In this document: positions 10,001 to 18,853 of the stretch, piece by piece | Position numbering within the stretch: position 1 is the first letter of the stretch | Layout of the letters: each line of letters opens with the position of its first letter | Source of the DNA: Trichomonas gallinae | Lineage: Eukaryota | Assembly: GCA_008369845.1 (NCBI GenBank) | Contig: MRSU01005260.1 | Coordinates: 1-50,390 of the forward strand | Direction: 5' to 3' | DNA: 50,390 bases | Notes under the pieces: model-generated | The model's input: only the letters and a program-made list of their open reading frames with translations | The model's database searches: none | Told to the model about the DNA's origin: nothing | Made by a program: the position numbers and the translations under genes

Positions 10001-10944
10001 TTGATATAAATTTGTGAATCATAAAAAATTGATAACTTATCTATGACGATTTGCCTTATTAATGCTGCACTTGTTTTATCTGCTTGAATGAATTTATATA
10101 CTGTGTTTAATAATTTTTCATTTAAAATTTTGAATGTATTATGCTTAATAACTGAAATCATGTTGAAAGTTTCTCTGCCAAGTATGATAATAATATCTTG
10201 TGGAACTCTTGTTAAAGCATTGTAATAACATTTCGATAAAGATTTATCAATTATTTCTATTGATTGCTCTTCACAATTGTTAATGATTTCGAAGTAAAAT
10301 TTCATTATAGCCCGAACTTCAATAAAAGATGAATGGATATTAACAGGCACATAATTTTCGAGCATCTCTAAAACGCAAATCCTTATTTCATTATCGCAAT
10401 TCGTAAGTATTTTCGAAGCTAGTGGTACAATCGCATCCGAAGTTTTGAATAAGCGTCTAAGTATTCCAGCCAAAATATTTATTTCGTACATTAATGTGTC
10501 TTTTATTTCTTGACCCTTTAGGTTAACCTCTTTGCAGTTGTTTTCAAGCGAAGGAATCCTATATTTGTATTCATTTTGTGATACGGAATCTGATAAGTAT
10601 GAAATAGAATCGATTAGATCGTCAATAAATGATTGACGCAACTGAAAATTGCAAAACGCGAGATATTCACATGTAACTTGCACGAACATTGTAAAAAAAT
10701 TTGGATCACTCTGATATTGCATGATAACATTGAATTTAATTCCGTAATAATGCAGTTGATTGAAACATAGTATAATAGTTTCTTTGTCCTCGAGAAGTAA
10801 ATTCGTTAAAACCATACAAGTATGATAAAACGCGCCTAAAGCAATGTTGATTTGACCTGTACTCGAGAGTAACTTAGCAACATGTTTGAGATCCTCAATC
10901 AGTCTTCTTTTTTTAGAATCCTCCGAGTTTGCTTGGTTGTCCAT
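4093..10944 (-). CDS. ATR: PIKK-family kinase, ATR/Mec1 ortholog
   Basis: LQKPKKISL...FMCKLDEDLRKDMRMMEF, GIGDRHTENIL, HVDFNCMFDK, PEIVPFRLTQNMV, FATC end MYIGWTPHI; 2283 aa. Confidence 0.92.
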   Translation of the reverse strand: MDNQANSEDSKKRRLIEDLKHVAKLLSSTGQINIALGAFYHTCMVLTNLLLEDKETIILCFNQLHYYGIKFNVIMQYQSDPNFFTMFVQVTCEYLAFCNFQLRQSFIDDLIDSISYLSDSVSQNEYKYRIPSLENNCKEVNLKGQEIKDTLMYEINILAGILRRLFKTSDAIVPLASKILTNCDNEIRICVLEMLENYVPVNIHSSFIEVRAIMKFYFEIINNCEEQSIEIIDKSLSKCYYNALTRVPQDIIIILGRETFNMISVIKHNTFKILNEKLLNTVYKFIQADKTSAALIRQIVIDKLSIFYDSQIYIKICQQFIQYDHEFAKLLVEKHGLNPKIIAALIKIDIPGYYPDQQVVLSASGSDFYDICSCLKNLDPNYITKLREIIITDPPNLDQLKLIARHIPLEIVEHPKKYQISDLPYIFSECPDILESLVHTWMRYKKDPKGIPFLCMLVDKAKKTSDLDYDNMKDYFNEISDDTSLFTIPQFVDVIDIIFERDNLISKFEKFIKNVTLYEIEPKIADGLLKSRIVGPLFLKMIIKDFTPDQKSKSSDDSDDSNSRTYRDAFAVSTLSRNSANLWNVFDLNRYEISYELLNLCLAETSSSTGNVLISYIDNDTRSDNESDSLSIPEPYRFRFACKELIQIRQISYQKALTIIEDSVIPVLIQKQQEKILRNYIQAITSQSDEQSFMNKVEDQMPNIFTYIFSNLDKPEQGLAVKFVKDILRRNSAELMKECFADFMCKFLLNLGDFNPDVVAKTKNGIGLVFGLEHRRENLTDEEIIQKLWNSNEIKMKYGFAKYITNGSSSKRIIAIRALTYIVNCLRTTINTEQCRNLLTMVGFATRDVLARPYCYNFLETILKLLHGNPILADIFSFIVAQIIPNIEQSPAETKMILIKLIKEEYQIVQDCLFQIALLPEIKQIPELTQYMEVSIMRYETVDLIDKLAKALTDAPPDLQVLIIIQLIDIFKSHIDEDLKSKYQNTYELGLSVWKILTNTPRDDLMSACGRLLAILSPVELINNPPISRTANSSTAVDDVMIKIITEYLVPAYEDFNNFSILDSISCTIQILLSELGCSLPSSSQKKAQASMQKPENWNKFDSKVQMIIDKYRSSMYIPVDVKPVKSPVFNPSIKHENWLANFTICLLQTDFYEEIPHTVRSKNPSEQKGHRMQAIQSVKKICFILKKVPSICNYILPLISYWQRYNQNFKQIFSAEFAAILDHLKRNPKDNEVARQCMHTFFAIFDACELLKVWPSVDIFGRPESLEVASNQALYEAAYMIGLYTHALVHLELAIREEWHDGYRELSDERLIQMKKIYKHLKEPDALTVLKMKTNTMTFMDDFQIFTEAKIINPTKSSENSHKMTVTYLTNLLKCGRTERALTDALHNRNTMHNDRKLDAVIARAATRLSRWDVLTFLSDHDNVYDSKSDDHASAIKDTIDIDIAYALSYLDKSQYNRFNSIIDKMRLELASSTQQEGTISFDRMMPCLINYLLIEELSLYGQMLQENRQTTDTMKLLKSVDQRLISIDDIERITVVNCAMIELAYRGASKQELLVKNNKIMNQLISFASACRKSGEITRGQFACWRGFQIDKCPTSTIEIAKITWMLGNTRQAMSLLVHDENDSPAEIGRLTYLNAKWNAELEHLPPDKLMEEYTQAVQQMEHKGKGYYAMASLVDERIEHFLDYFEKQHLIAATQSKKISKFMSQTNIGDFLRSNMTLALECYMKCIINMPELSPEVVPRILQIYFDLGKFLLGKEKTMTNFTKDSFAGVPLAFKKINSDSNCKNIFNDIKGVFNEYLEIVDPAIWLNSLTQLLSRVEQPSELESTLFELIKTAVKHYPQQGMWYLMSVKNSENKVRRDKYPLIIQKFDTKLKELAQKFENVTTHIIKLTQQKNGSSKVKVRSADSFCKELKDSFKNCEMLMPLSSTLIVDPSSKSSYSSRPTIVSMGDEIIIYSSLQKPKKISLNSNEGRIYHFMCKLDEDLRKDMRMMEFATFINRVFGRDRRSRERNLSIVTFIVVCLSEKCGLIEWVEYTCSFKSIIDKLNAASNIGGLDRESLFKYYCDDHKGKNTEAVINEKRENFVKYILPAYPPVLHKWFLHNFPSPQGWFKSRLLFARSAAVWSMVGYIVGIGDRHTENILLNQKTGGVVHVDFNCMFDKAKLLPCPEIVPFRLTQNMVDGFGVLGTDGSFTESSVIALTAMRDKKKKLLTLLQPFISDPLVEWKDIEAKVALVEIDSRLSGLTQDKSRSQSPLCVVKNLISEATDNKNLALMYIGWTPHI

Positions 10945-11307
10945 AATTTACTTCCTCGAGGAATAAATTATACCAAAATTGACATTTTGTCATGTAAATA
11001 TGCATGTAATCAAAAATATTTTTCTTCTAAATTCATGAATAATAATGAAACAAGAAGAGAGAAATATAGACAAGAAGCTGTACAAGGCATGATGATGTTA
11101 TTAACTGATTTTTGCTTGATGCGAAATCTAACAAATTTTTGACATGTAAACAGACAATTTTGTAATGTAAAGCGAATTTGTTACATCTCAAATTGAATAT
11201 TTTTATTAGAGAAAAGTGAATATAATCGTATATGCATGTTATTTTCAAAATAAAAACGTTAATTTTTTTGATATTAGAATTGAAGGGAAAATAATCGTAA
11301 TGGTTGG

Positions 11308-11312
11308 CCTTT
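11308..11312 (+). promoter_or_regulatory. M5-like CCTTT alternative initiator
   Basis: CCTTT ends 3 bp before the RPS24 ATG; this element is known from trichomonad ribosomal protein genes. Confidence 0.6.
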
Positions 11313-11315
11313 CTC

Positions 11316-11738
11316 ATGTCGAAGGTTACCCTTCATATCCGTAAGTATATTGTCAACAAGCTTCTTGACCGCAAGCAGTTCGTTGTTGATATGCAGCACC
11401 TTGGTGCCAAGGCCCCAACACGCGATGAAATCAAGGAAGAAGTCGCTCAGCGCCTTAAGGTTGGTAAGGATCTCGTTGTCATCTTCGGCCTCGAGACAAA
11501 GTTCGGTGGTGGCCGCACAACAGGCTTCGGCTTCGTTTACGATTCTCTTGATGCTCTCAAGAAGACAGAACCAAAGCATCGTCTCATCAAGGCTGGTCTT
11601 GCTGAGAAGGGCAAGGTCACCCGCCGTATGCGTAAGAACGCCCGCCGCCAGAAAGTCAAGGTTTGGGGCTCTGGCAAGCGTGCTGAGGCTCACAAGATCA
11701 AGCGCCAGCAGCGTAAGGAGGAACTCGGCAACCAGTAA
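11316..11738 (+). CDS. RPS24: 40S ribosomal protein S24 (eS24)
   Basis: NKLLDRKQFVVD, FGLETKFGGGRTTGFGFVYDS, EPKHRL; strongly biased codon use; ATG at 11316 (track start is TTG). Confidence 0.97.
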   Translation: MSKVTLHIRKYIVNKLLDRKQFVVDMQHLGAKAPTRDEIKEEVAQRLKVGKDLVVIFGLETKFGGGRTTGFGFVYDSLDALKKTEPKHRLIKAGLAEKGKVTRRMRKNARRQKVKVWGSGKRAEAHKIKRQQRKEELGNQ

Positions 11739-12143
11739 ATTCACAGTTCGTAAAGAAAAATCTTTTATACAAGTTAATTCAATCAATCTTTTTTTACTTC
11801 TGATCAATATTTAATTTGATTTCAAGCAAACTTTATTATTTAATCTTTTACCTAGCTTTAAAAAACTATATAATTAGCTGTTTCTGTTGCTATATGTGGA
11901 AATTCATTAAAAATATTTTGGATCTAAATATTTTGTTTCAATCTGGACATTAGGATAGAAAATCACTATGAAAGTGTATTGTAAAGTGAAGTGTTAATCT
12001 AAAACAATGCAAAGTTTAAATAATATATTAAAAACAAGATTAGTCTAAAGTTAACTTAATATAACATGATACAATATAACGTAAACATAGTAGTTAACAT
12101 AATATAGATTCAACTTCGAAGTACTGGAAAAAGATATATAGAA

Positions 12144-12482
12144 TTATCCAAATAGATACCAAACAATGAAAAACATTAAGAAACCTATTAGTCCTCCGAG
12201 AATTAAACGGTCTCGTTTCCTGCGGACTTGAATTCCTTGAGCAAGTTCACCTAAATAAGGAACAGATTGGATTATAGTTGTAAGTCGGTCATTAGCATTA
12301 TTAATAACTCTCATTTGGTCATCCATTCTAGTCATTGTTTGCGAAGATAGACTGATTGCATCATCAACCATCCTTGAACTGTTCATTATCGAGTTGTTTT
12401 CCTTTGCAAGTATTTCTAACCTTGAATCTCCGACATTTAATGGCTTTGGATAGTTTAGTGCAGCAGGTTTTTTATCAAACAT
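12144..12482 (-). CDS. GOS1: Golgi Qb-SNARE Gos1/GOSR1-like, short form
   Basis: SNARE heptads KENNSIMNSSRMVDDAI...Q, then RRKRDRLILGGLIG and a C-terminal TM segment as in GOSR1. Confidence 0.75.
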   Translation of the reverse strand: MFDKKPAALNYPKPLNVGDSRLEILAKENNSIMNSSRMVDDAISLSSQTMTRMDDQMRVINNANDRLTTIIQSVPYLGELAQGIQVRRKRDRLILGGLIGFLMFFIVWYLFG

Positions 12483-12589
12483 TTTAAAAATGATCGAATC
12501 GATAAAAAAATTTAGATAATAGGGGTTATAAAAATTTTAAAGGGGGATATAAAATAGGGTCTAATAAAAATAAAGAGGGAGTTTTAGTA

Positions 12590-13342
12590 ATGTCTGATTA
12601 TAAAGGCCCTGCGTTCTTACTGCCATTAAACTCACAGCGATACAAAGTTGCATTCGATGAAATTAAGAAGATAAATGCAAATTTCGTTATAGATTTCGGT
12701 TGTAACGAATGCGATTTTATATTTTATCTTTCTAGAAACCCAGAATGTCTGAAATTTATCATTGGATTGGATAAAGATAAGTATACTTTAAGTAAAGGAT
12801 ATAAATATCTTATGAGATTTCAAAATATGTCAAACATTTCAGATAAAGTTACAGAAGTGTTTCTTAAACAAGAAGATATTACAAATATATCGGATGATTT
12901 TGTTAATCAATACAAGAGCTGTCCAATAATGACAATGATTGAATTAATAGAACATTTATCGCTAGAACAAGTTGATCTAGCTATGGAACAAGTGTTAGGA
13001 AGAATGAAACCTCAAAAACTTATATTAACAACGCCCAATATTGAATACAATCATGTAATTGCAGAATTTTATGGAAGACCGTCACAATACAGGTTTAGAC
13101 ATAGAGATCATAAATTTGAATGGACTAGGCAGGAATTTTCAGAATGGGTTTCAAAAATTGCTTCGAAATATAATTATACGGTTGAGATTTCAGGAATAGG
13201 ATGTGTCAGTGAAAATGAAGATCATAACAAGTTTGGATATGCATCTCACTGTGCTATATTAAGCTCCAGCGATGAAATTAAAACAGAATTTACTTCTCCT
13301 ACAAAATTTGATTTCCAAAATAAGATCTATGGCGCCAGATGA
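12590..13342 (+). CDS. HEN1: Small RNA 3'-terminal 2'-O-methyltransferase HEN1
   Basis: FLLPLNSQRY (FxPPL..QRY variant), VIDFGC SAM motif, ELIEHL, TTPNIEYN, FRHRDHKFEWTRQEF. Confidence 0.92.
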   Translation: MSDYKGPAFLLPLNSQRYKVAFDEIKKINANFVIDFGCNECDFIFYLSRNPECLKFIIGLDKDKYTLSKGYKYLMRFQNMSNISDKVTEVFLKQEDITNISDDFVNQYKSCPIMTMIELIEHLSLEQVDLAMEQVLGRMKPQKLILTTPNIEYNHVIAEFYGRPSQYRFRHRDHKFEWTRQEFSEWVSKIASKYNYTVEISGIGCVSENEDHNKFGYASHCAILSSSDEIKTEFTSPTKFDFQNKIYGAR

Positions 13343-13484
13343 ATAAAATATGTTTGTTTTAATAGAAATATTTATTAATTGAATTATATATTTTGAAATT
13401 TAGATTGATATTAAGAATGATTAGTACATTTGAATAGTATAAACAGAATATTTACCTAATATACAATACATTGGAGTTAAAGCC

Positions 13485-14681
13485 TTATATAGATCTAATA
13501 TCATCAGGAAAGAATGGCAATTCTTCGCCCTGATTCGATGGCTTATCAAAGAGTGGTATTTCATGGAGATTGTGAATCTTATTTTCTTGAGTTGGACTTG
13601 GAATTCTTGGATGATTATCAACAAGTGGAACAATTGTATCATTATGAAGAGTTTCGAGGATATTTCTATATATTCTATAATAGAACATAACAATGTCCGT
13701 TGCAAAAACCCAGAACAAATAAAACCAATAATCCACGTTATTTCTTACATATCCGAAAACAGGAAGAGTTATTGCGATAAAATGAAGTAGCTGATCATAT
13801 GTTACCACTTTCTCAACTTTTCGGCCTAAAATTAAGTATACAACTAAAATTGAGGCTGAATAACCAAATTCCAATCCTATACACATGAAAAGATAGTGAT
13901 TAAGGAAGAAAGAATAGGTCAGAAAGTCTAATATCAATGATAAAAGTGTTATATATAGACCAGGAACAAATGAAGTGATAATATCGAATGTAAAATCTGC
14001 AGAGTATAAAACAGCGAATAAGTTTTCAGCTATATAAAGGCCAAAAAGAACTATACAGAACCAAAAGAAAAGATCTGAATTGATTTTTTTCTTAAAATCA
14101 GGAAAGAAGCAAGTGATTATCTGGAAAAGAGCTAATAGAAACACTCCATCATCAGAATAACTGATTATAAGATAATGATAGTATTTTTTGCAATATTCGG
14201 CCCAAAAGTTGAGAAAATAAGGAAATCCAATAGCAACCATAACATACACATTTGTGGATGTTAAGCCAAGACTCATAGAAGTATTAAATTTCATACATTC
14301 TATAGTTAGAATTAATGAATCAGAGGCAATTTGAAAAAATCGTACATAAGCATTAACTGTATTCATAACTTGGAACTGTCTTTGAACGATGCGGCGCATA
14401 AATTGGTAAAATATTGTAGTGATTCCGTTGAATAAACAAATAATCGAATGAACTGTCTGACTTGGATTTGAAAATATGAAAAATGGAATGAAAAATGAGA
14501 GGATATTTGTGAAAAACCCAATTGCAAGTAATAACTCCGGTGAATAAACTTCTGGAATAAATTGCATAAGTTTATCAGTAATTGGGTCTAATACATAGTT
14601 GCAGAAATAGGAGCTGTTATACCCTTTCCGTTCATATTTGGTAAGGGCATTAACATCACTCTTAGTAAAGCTGGAAAACAT
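13485..14681 (-). CDS. Choline/ethanolamine phosphotransferase (CDP-alcohol phosphotransferase)-like membrane protein with degenerate active site
   Basis: N-terminus LTKYERKGYNSSYFCNYVLDP...FIPEVYSPELL matches the CEPT1/EPT1 layout; many TM segments; ATG at 14681 preceded by TCACTTT initiator. Confidence 0.75.
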   Translation of the reverse strand: MFSSFTKSDVNALTKYERKGYNSSYFCNYVLDPITDKLMQFIPEVYSPELLLAIGFFTNILSFFIPFFIFSNPSQTVHSIICLFNGITTIFYQFMRRIVQRQFQVMNTVNAYVRFFQIASDSLILTIECMKFNTSMSLGLTSTNVYVMVAIGFPYFLNFWAEYCKKYYHYLIISYSDDGVFLLALFQIITCFFPDFKKKINSDLFFWFCIVLFGLYIAENLFAVLYSADFTFDIITSFVPGLYITLLSLILDFLTYSFFLNHYLFMCIGLEFGYSASILVVYLILGRKVEKVVTYDQLLHFIAITLPVFGYVRNNVDYWFYLFWVFATDIVMFYYRIYRNILETLHNDTIVPLVDNHPRIPSPTQENKIHNLHEIPLFDKPSNQGEELPFFPDDIRSI

Positions 14682-15123
14682 TTTAAAAAAAGTGACAGAT
14701 TTTAAAATTTCAAAATCAAACAAAAATAAATACTATTTTAGTAATATATAGCATGAATACATGTTATTTTTTAAATAAAAACAGTTCAGCATTAATTTTA
14801 TCAATGTTTTAATACCAAATTAAACATTTATCAGTCAGATAACACATTGTTGGAATGACTGCAATTCATTCACTATAACATTTCTTAGATCTCAAACATT
14901 TTGATTGATTTTGATAAAAATATCAAAAGTAAAAGTTCATGGAATTTCGATAGTGATTTTCGAAAATATAAACAAATTTATTGAACAAAACAACAATAAC
15001 AATATATTGAATTAAAATAATAAATATTAACATAAAAATTAAATTCAACAACACACTAAGAACATATAGCTAAAGCTAAAATTAGCTCATATGCTCTTAG
15101 CCTTAAAATGAAGGCGAAAATAA

Positions 15124-15702
15124 TTATTTACAACAGCCTTCGCACTTTTCGCACCTTTTAAAACATTTTCCAACCGATTTAAAGACATCTGAGTCTTGCA
15201 TTGAGTAAATTGAATGAGCAACGTATTCGAATAATTCTAATACTCCTTCACCTGTTTTAGCTGAAGTATCGCAGCATGGTAGATTGAGTGTTTCTGCCAT
15301 TTTTTTCATTTCTATTTTACTATCATCTGATGCTAAATCGTATTTACTTCCTGCTAGTATAATTGGAACATTTTGGCCAGCAATTTCATGAAAACTATTG
15401 CACCATGATTCTAAACTTGCATATTCTAACTTAGTATTATGAGCTACAACTAATATTGCTGCATGGGCGTTACGAAAATATAGCGAGCATATTGATCGGA
15501 ACATCTCCTGCCCGGCAGTATCCCATATTCGAATATTAATTTTATGGTCACCGTTACCAGTTGCCCATTCAGATATCCCCGCTGAAATTGTGGATGCTAA
15601 ATTAGGCGTAAATTCATTTGAGACTAATCTATGCAGTAATGTGGTCTTTCCGACGCCAGAATCTCCAATGAGAACGACCTTGAAGACGACTTGCTTCTGC
15701 AT
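15124..15702 (-). CDS. Rab-family small GTPase (divergent)
   Basis: GDSGVGKT, WDTAGQE, YFRNA, GSKYD (G4 variant), TSAKTG, C-terminal CCK. Confidence 0.93.
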   Translation of the reverse strand: MQKQVVFKVVLIGDSGVGKTTLLHRLVSNEFTPNLASTISAGISEWATGNGDHKINIRIWDTAGQEMFRSICSLYFRNAHAAILVVAHNTKLEYASLESWCNSFHEIAGQNVPIILAGSKYDLASDDSKIEMKKMAETLNLPCCDTSAKTGEGVLELFEYVAHSIYSMQDSDVFKSVGKCFKRCEKCEGCCK

Positions 15703-16510
15703 TGAAGTCTTGGTAGGTAGTCAATTGAATGTACCTATTGATCACAATTTTTTCTATGAGTTACCTCAAATCGAAAATTTAGAGAAATTGAAATTACATA
15801 TAGAGACAACAAAACAGCAGATTTTTTGAGCGAAAACTGTTTTTTTCGTTTGTCAAAAATAAATCCCAAAATTTGCCATCCAATCATAGTGAGTCCAGCT
15901 CGCAATAAATGCACTTTCCGAATCTGATATTGCAATGCTGTAGACTTAGCAAGTTATAAATGCTACACATATTCATGGTATGCCCCACATATTTACCATC
16001 TTAAATTTTTCTATGCAAAAAAATTTTGCTATACGATAGCTTTTGAATTAGTCTTCGACAGTATGTATATGTGTAGGTAAGTCATCGACGGTATGTATTT
16101 CTTCATCCAATCTTCTCTCTTTTTTTTCTTTTTTTTTGCTGATGATAATGCATAATAGAATAGACCACATGCATTTGCTTCATATTTGAGACATTTTCAT
16201 TGTCTGATTCTCATATATTTTCTTTCGAATTAAATATCATTTCTTTAGACAATGGTTAATAGTTAGATATATCATCACATCATTATAATAATGCTTAAAT
16301 TCATTAGCATTAATTTCAAAAATGAAAAATAAATTCTCTGTTGTGATAAAGTCTTTGTATTTCGTTCATATTATATGAGTAAGGATAAGGATATATATCT
16401 AATATATATGTCAATTGAGTTATATAGTTGCGATGATAAAAATATTTAAGTTAAAAGTTGTACTTCGTTATTTTTGCATTGTAACACAGTTTATTTATAC
16501 ACTTTTGAGC

Positions 16511-16885
16511 TTACTGCTTGAGATATGGCTTAAGAAGCTCATTCACTTGAGATTTAATTGCATCTTGTTGTGCCTGAATATAAATTCCAGTCTTTTTGAT
16601 CATAAGGATATTCTTATCAGCTTGTCCCAAGCCCTGGCGAAGAGTTGCTAATGTGTTTGGAACGGAATCGAGAATGAAAGCCTTTCCACATGCCTGGTAT
16701 ACTGGAACAGATGGGCTAATCTTGCTAATTTCATGGCGTGTGATGTATTTTGTGCGACGCTGGCGTAATTCCAAATCTAATTGGGCAGAAAGCTTGTTAA
16801 GATTTTCACCAAGACGTTCATCTTCAGCATGGAGCTTATAATATTGCTTCATTTGCTCGTCTGGAAGCTGGATACGAACAGTCAT
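16511..16885 (-). CDS. PFDN1: Prefoldin beta subunit, probably PFD1
   Basis: Helix, then VYQACGKAFIL hairpin, then helix; 124 aa; GTCACTTT initiator upstream. Confidence 0.75.
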   Translation of the reverse strand: MTVRIQLPDEQMKQYYKLHAEDERLGENLNKLSAQLDLELRQRRTKYITRHEISKISPSVPVYQACGKAFILDSVPNTLATLRQGLGQADKNILMIKKTGIYIQAQQDAIKSQVNELLKPYLKQ

Positions 16886-17872
16886 TTCTTGTTCACTTGA
16901 CTACTAATAAAAGTGACATTTCATTTTTAAACGTCAGTTTTTTTGTCAAAAATCATTGAATTTTTAAAATTTTACAGGACAAAATAAATTTACATGACAA
17001 AATTTTATGAAAAGTGTACGTTTAAAAATCGTTCATTTGAATTTTGATTCATATCCTGAGGATGAATCCACTTAATTGACATATCTAAACTTAATAACAA
17101 CAAATTACATCAAATTAAAGACGATTATTACACAATAACTACAAAACTAGTTTAATTTTTCAAAATTCAAAATTTATTAAACACAAATTTCATTTCTAAT
17201 AGCTTCTATTACAATCATAAGATTTACCTTTATTCAATATCACTAGTTCAATGAAAGCTGAGATGTTTATATGAATATATTACTTCTGATTGAAAAGGTA
17301 AAAAATACAAATATATTAATAATGGATTTTGCCCCGAATTTGAAATGATTACGACATTAATTCAAACATCATTCATGCAGTCAACTACAACCTGATAAAT
17401 CATAAAAATATAAAAATACTAATGAATTACAACAAAGTCTTGTCTGTAAATTATATATATATACTGATATGCATTATCTTACTAATGTGCAATGTGATAG
17501 TGTGTATAAGAGAATAGTCGTTTTTCTTATTTTTATACTCAAAATAAAAATTACTTATTTTGTTTAATGAGATTAGCTGTAAACAAGCAGATATGCTTAT
17601 TCGAATCTAATTCTATACATACATATCAAATTTACAACCAAAATTTCAAAAATTAGCTGAGTTTATTTAAAGTGTCAAAATGTCAAATCCTTCTTTTCTG
17701 TATATGATAATGCATGTTATCTTTCATAAATGAACGAATAATCATGAAATAATAATATTATTTTTTCAAAAATATTGAACAGAAAATTCTAGATTTGTGG
17801 GCAAAAACACATATATTTGTACAAAACTAATATTCAATACAATTTATAAGAAATAAAAACAAATAATTAAAA

Positions 17873-18853
17873 TTAATCATGGATAAATGGGTGTTCTAGA
17901 GCAGTATTGGCTGTTATTCGTGTAAAAGGATTCGGATCCATCAGTTTTGTCAAAAGATCAAACACGGAATCATCACAGCCAATTTCATCAAAATATGGAT
18001 TAAGTTTTTTAACTAATTTTGGGAATGGAATACATTCTTGTTCTCGCGGAAAGTGCAACCTTCGGCCACACATACGTGCAGCATCATGCAATCTTTCTGT
18101 GCCGATAATTGTTGAAATTTCGCAGAGAGAAGTCAAATCATCTGGAGATTTGAAAAATGGATATCTTTTTGTAAGTATAGAAAGCAAAACAATGCCTGTG
18201 CTCCACATATCTATTGCCGTTGTTTGATATTGATATGCAAATAAAACTTCTGGTGCACGAAATCCTCTCGTACCAGCTCTATTAGCTTGCATTTTTGGTC
18301 TGTTGGTGCACATTTGTGGAAATTTTAAATCAAAGTCATTTTCTGGGACATCGATTTGTGTTTGTGGATATATTTGCTGTTGAGCGGGTGCTTCTTCGCA
18401 TAATCCAAAATCTATTAAGCACCCGTTGCCTGTTTCTGGATCAAAAAGAAAATTCGCTGGTTTCACATCCCTGTGAATAATATTAAGGGAATGCAAGTAT
18501 TTTAATGATTCTAATAAGCCCCTCATGTACTGTTTAATCATTTTTCCGTTGATATTTGGTAATAGTGATCGAAATGAAGTATGTGGAACATATCCAAGCA
18601 CAAACGTCGCCTGATCTTTATCTCTGTATGACGCATATATTTTAACTATATTCGGGTGATCAAGTTTGTTGAGCCATCGCAGCTCTTTAACGATTCTATC
18701 TGGAGAATTATTCCAGAATAGTTTTTTCAGGGCGAATTCTTGTCCTTTTTTGTTCACCGCCTTGACAACTGTCGAAAATGACCCTGTACCAATCGTTCCA
18801 AGGATTGTGAAATCGGCGTCGCTCAGCAAAGGCGGGTTCCGAGCTTCAGCCAT
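17873..18853 (-). CDS. CDC7: CDC7 serine/threonine kinase
   Basis: IGTGSFSTV, HRDVKPANFL, DFGL followed by an insert, and the CDC7 signature ANRAGTRGFRAPEVL; KRYPFF. Confidence 0.9.
   Translation of the reverse strand: MAEARNPPLLSDADFTILGTIGTGSFSTVVKAVNKKGQEFALKKLFWNNSPDRIVKELRWLNKLDHPNIVKIYASYRDKDQATFVLGYVPHTSFRSLLPNINGKMIKQYMRGLLESLKYLHSLNIIHRDVKPANFLFDPETGNGCLIDFGLCEEAPAQQQIYPQTQIDVPENDFDLKFPQMCTNRPKMQANRAGTRGFRAPEVLFAYQYQTTAIDMWSTGIVLLSILTKRYPFFKSPDDLTSLCEISTIIGTERLHDAARMCGRRLHFPREQECIPFPKLVKKLNPYFDEIGCDDSVFDLLTKLMDPNPFTRITANTALEHPFIHD

Noticed and set aside
11274..11814. 177-aa antisense and 154-aa alternative-frame ORFs over RPS24
   Set aside because: Shadow ORFs caused by strong codon bias; non-ATG starts and no recognisable motifs.
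14909..14928. TTTTGATA-AAAA-TATCAAAA hairpin
   Set aside because: Low-complexity AT stem expected by chance.
15709..15734. GT...AG 26-nt stretch upstream of the Rab ATG as a short intron
   Set aside because: Lacks the CTAAC branch point and CAG end of trichomonad introns; the ORF is complete without it.
4093..18853. ATR and CDC7 as a replication-checkpoint cluster
   Set aside because: Separated by several unrelated genes; no evidence of functional clustering.
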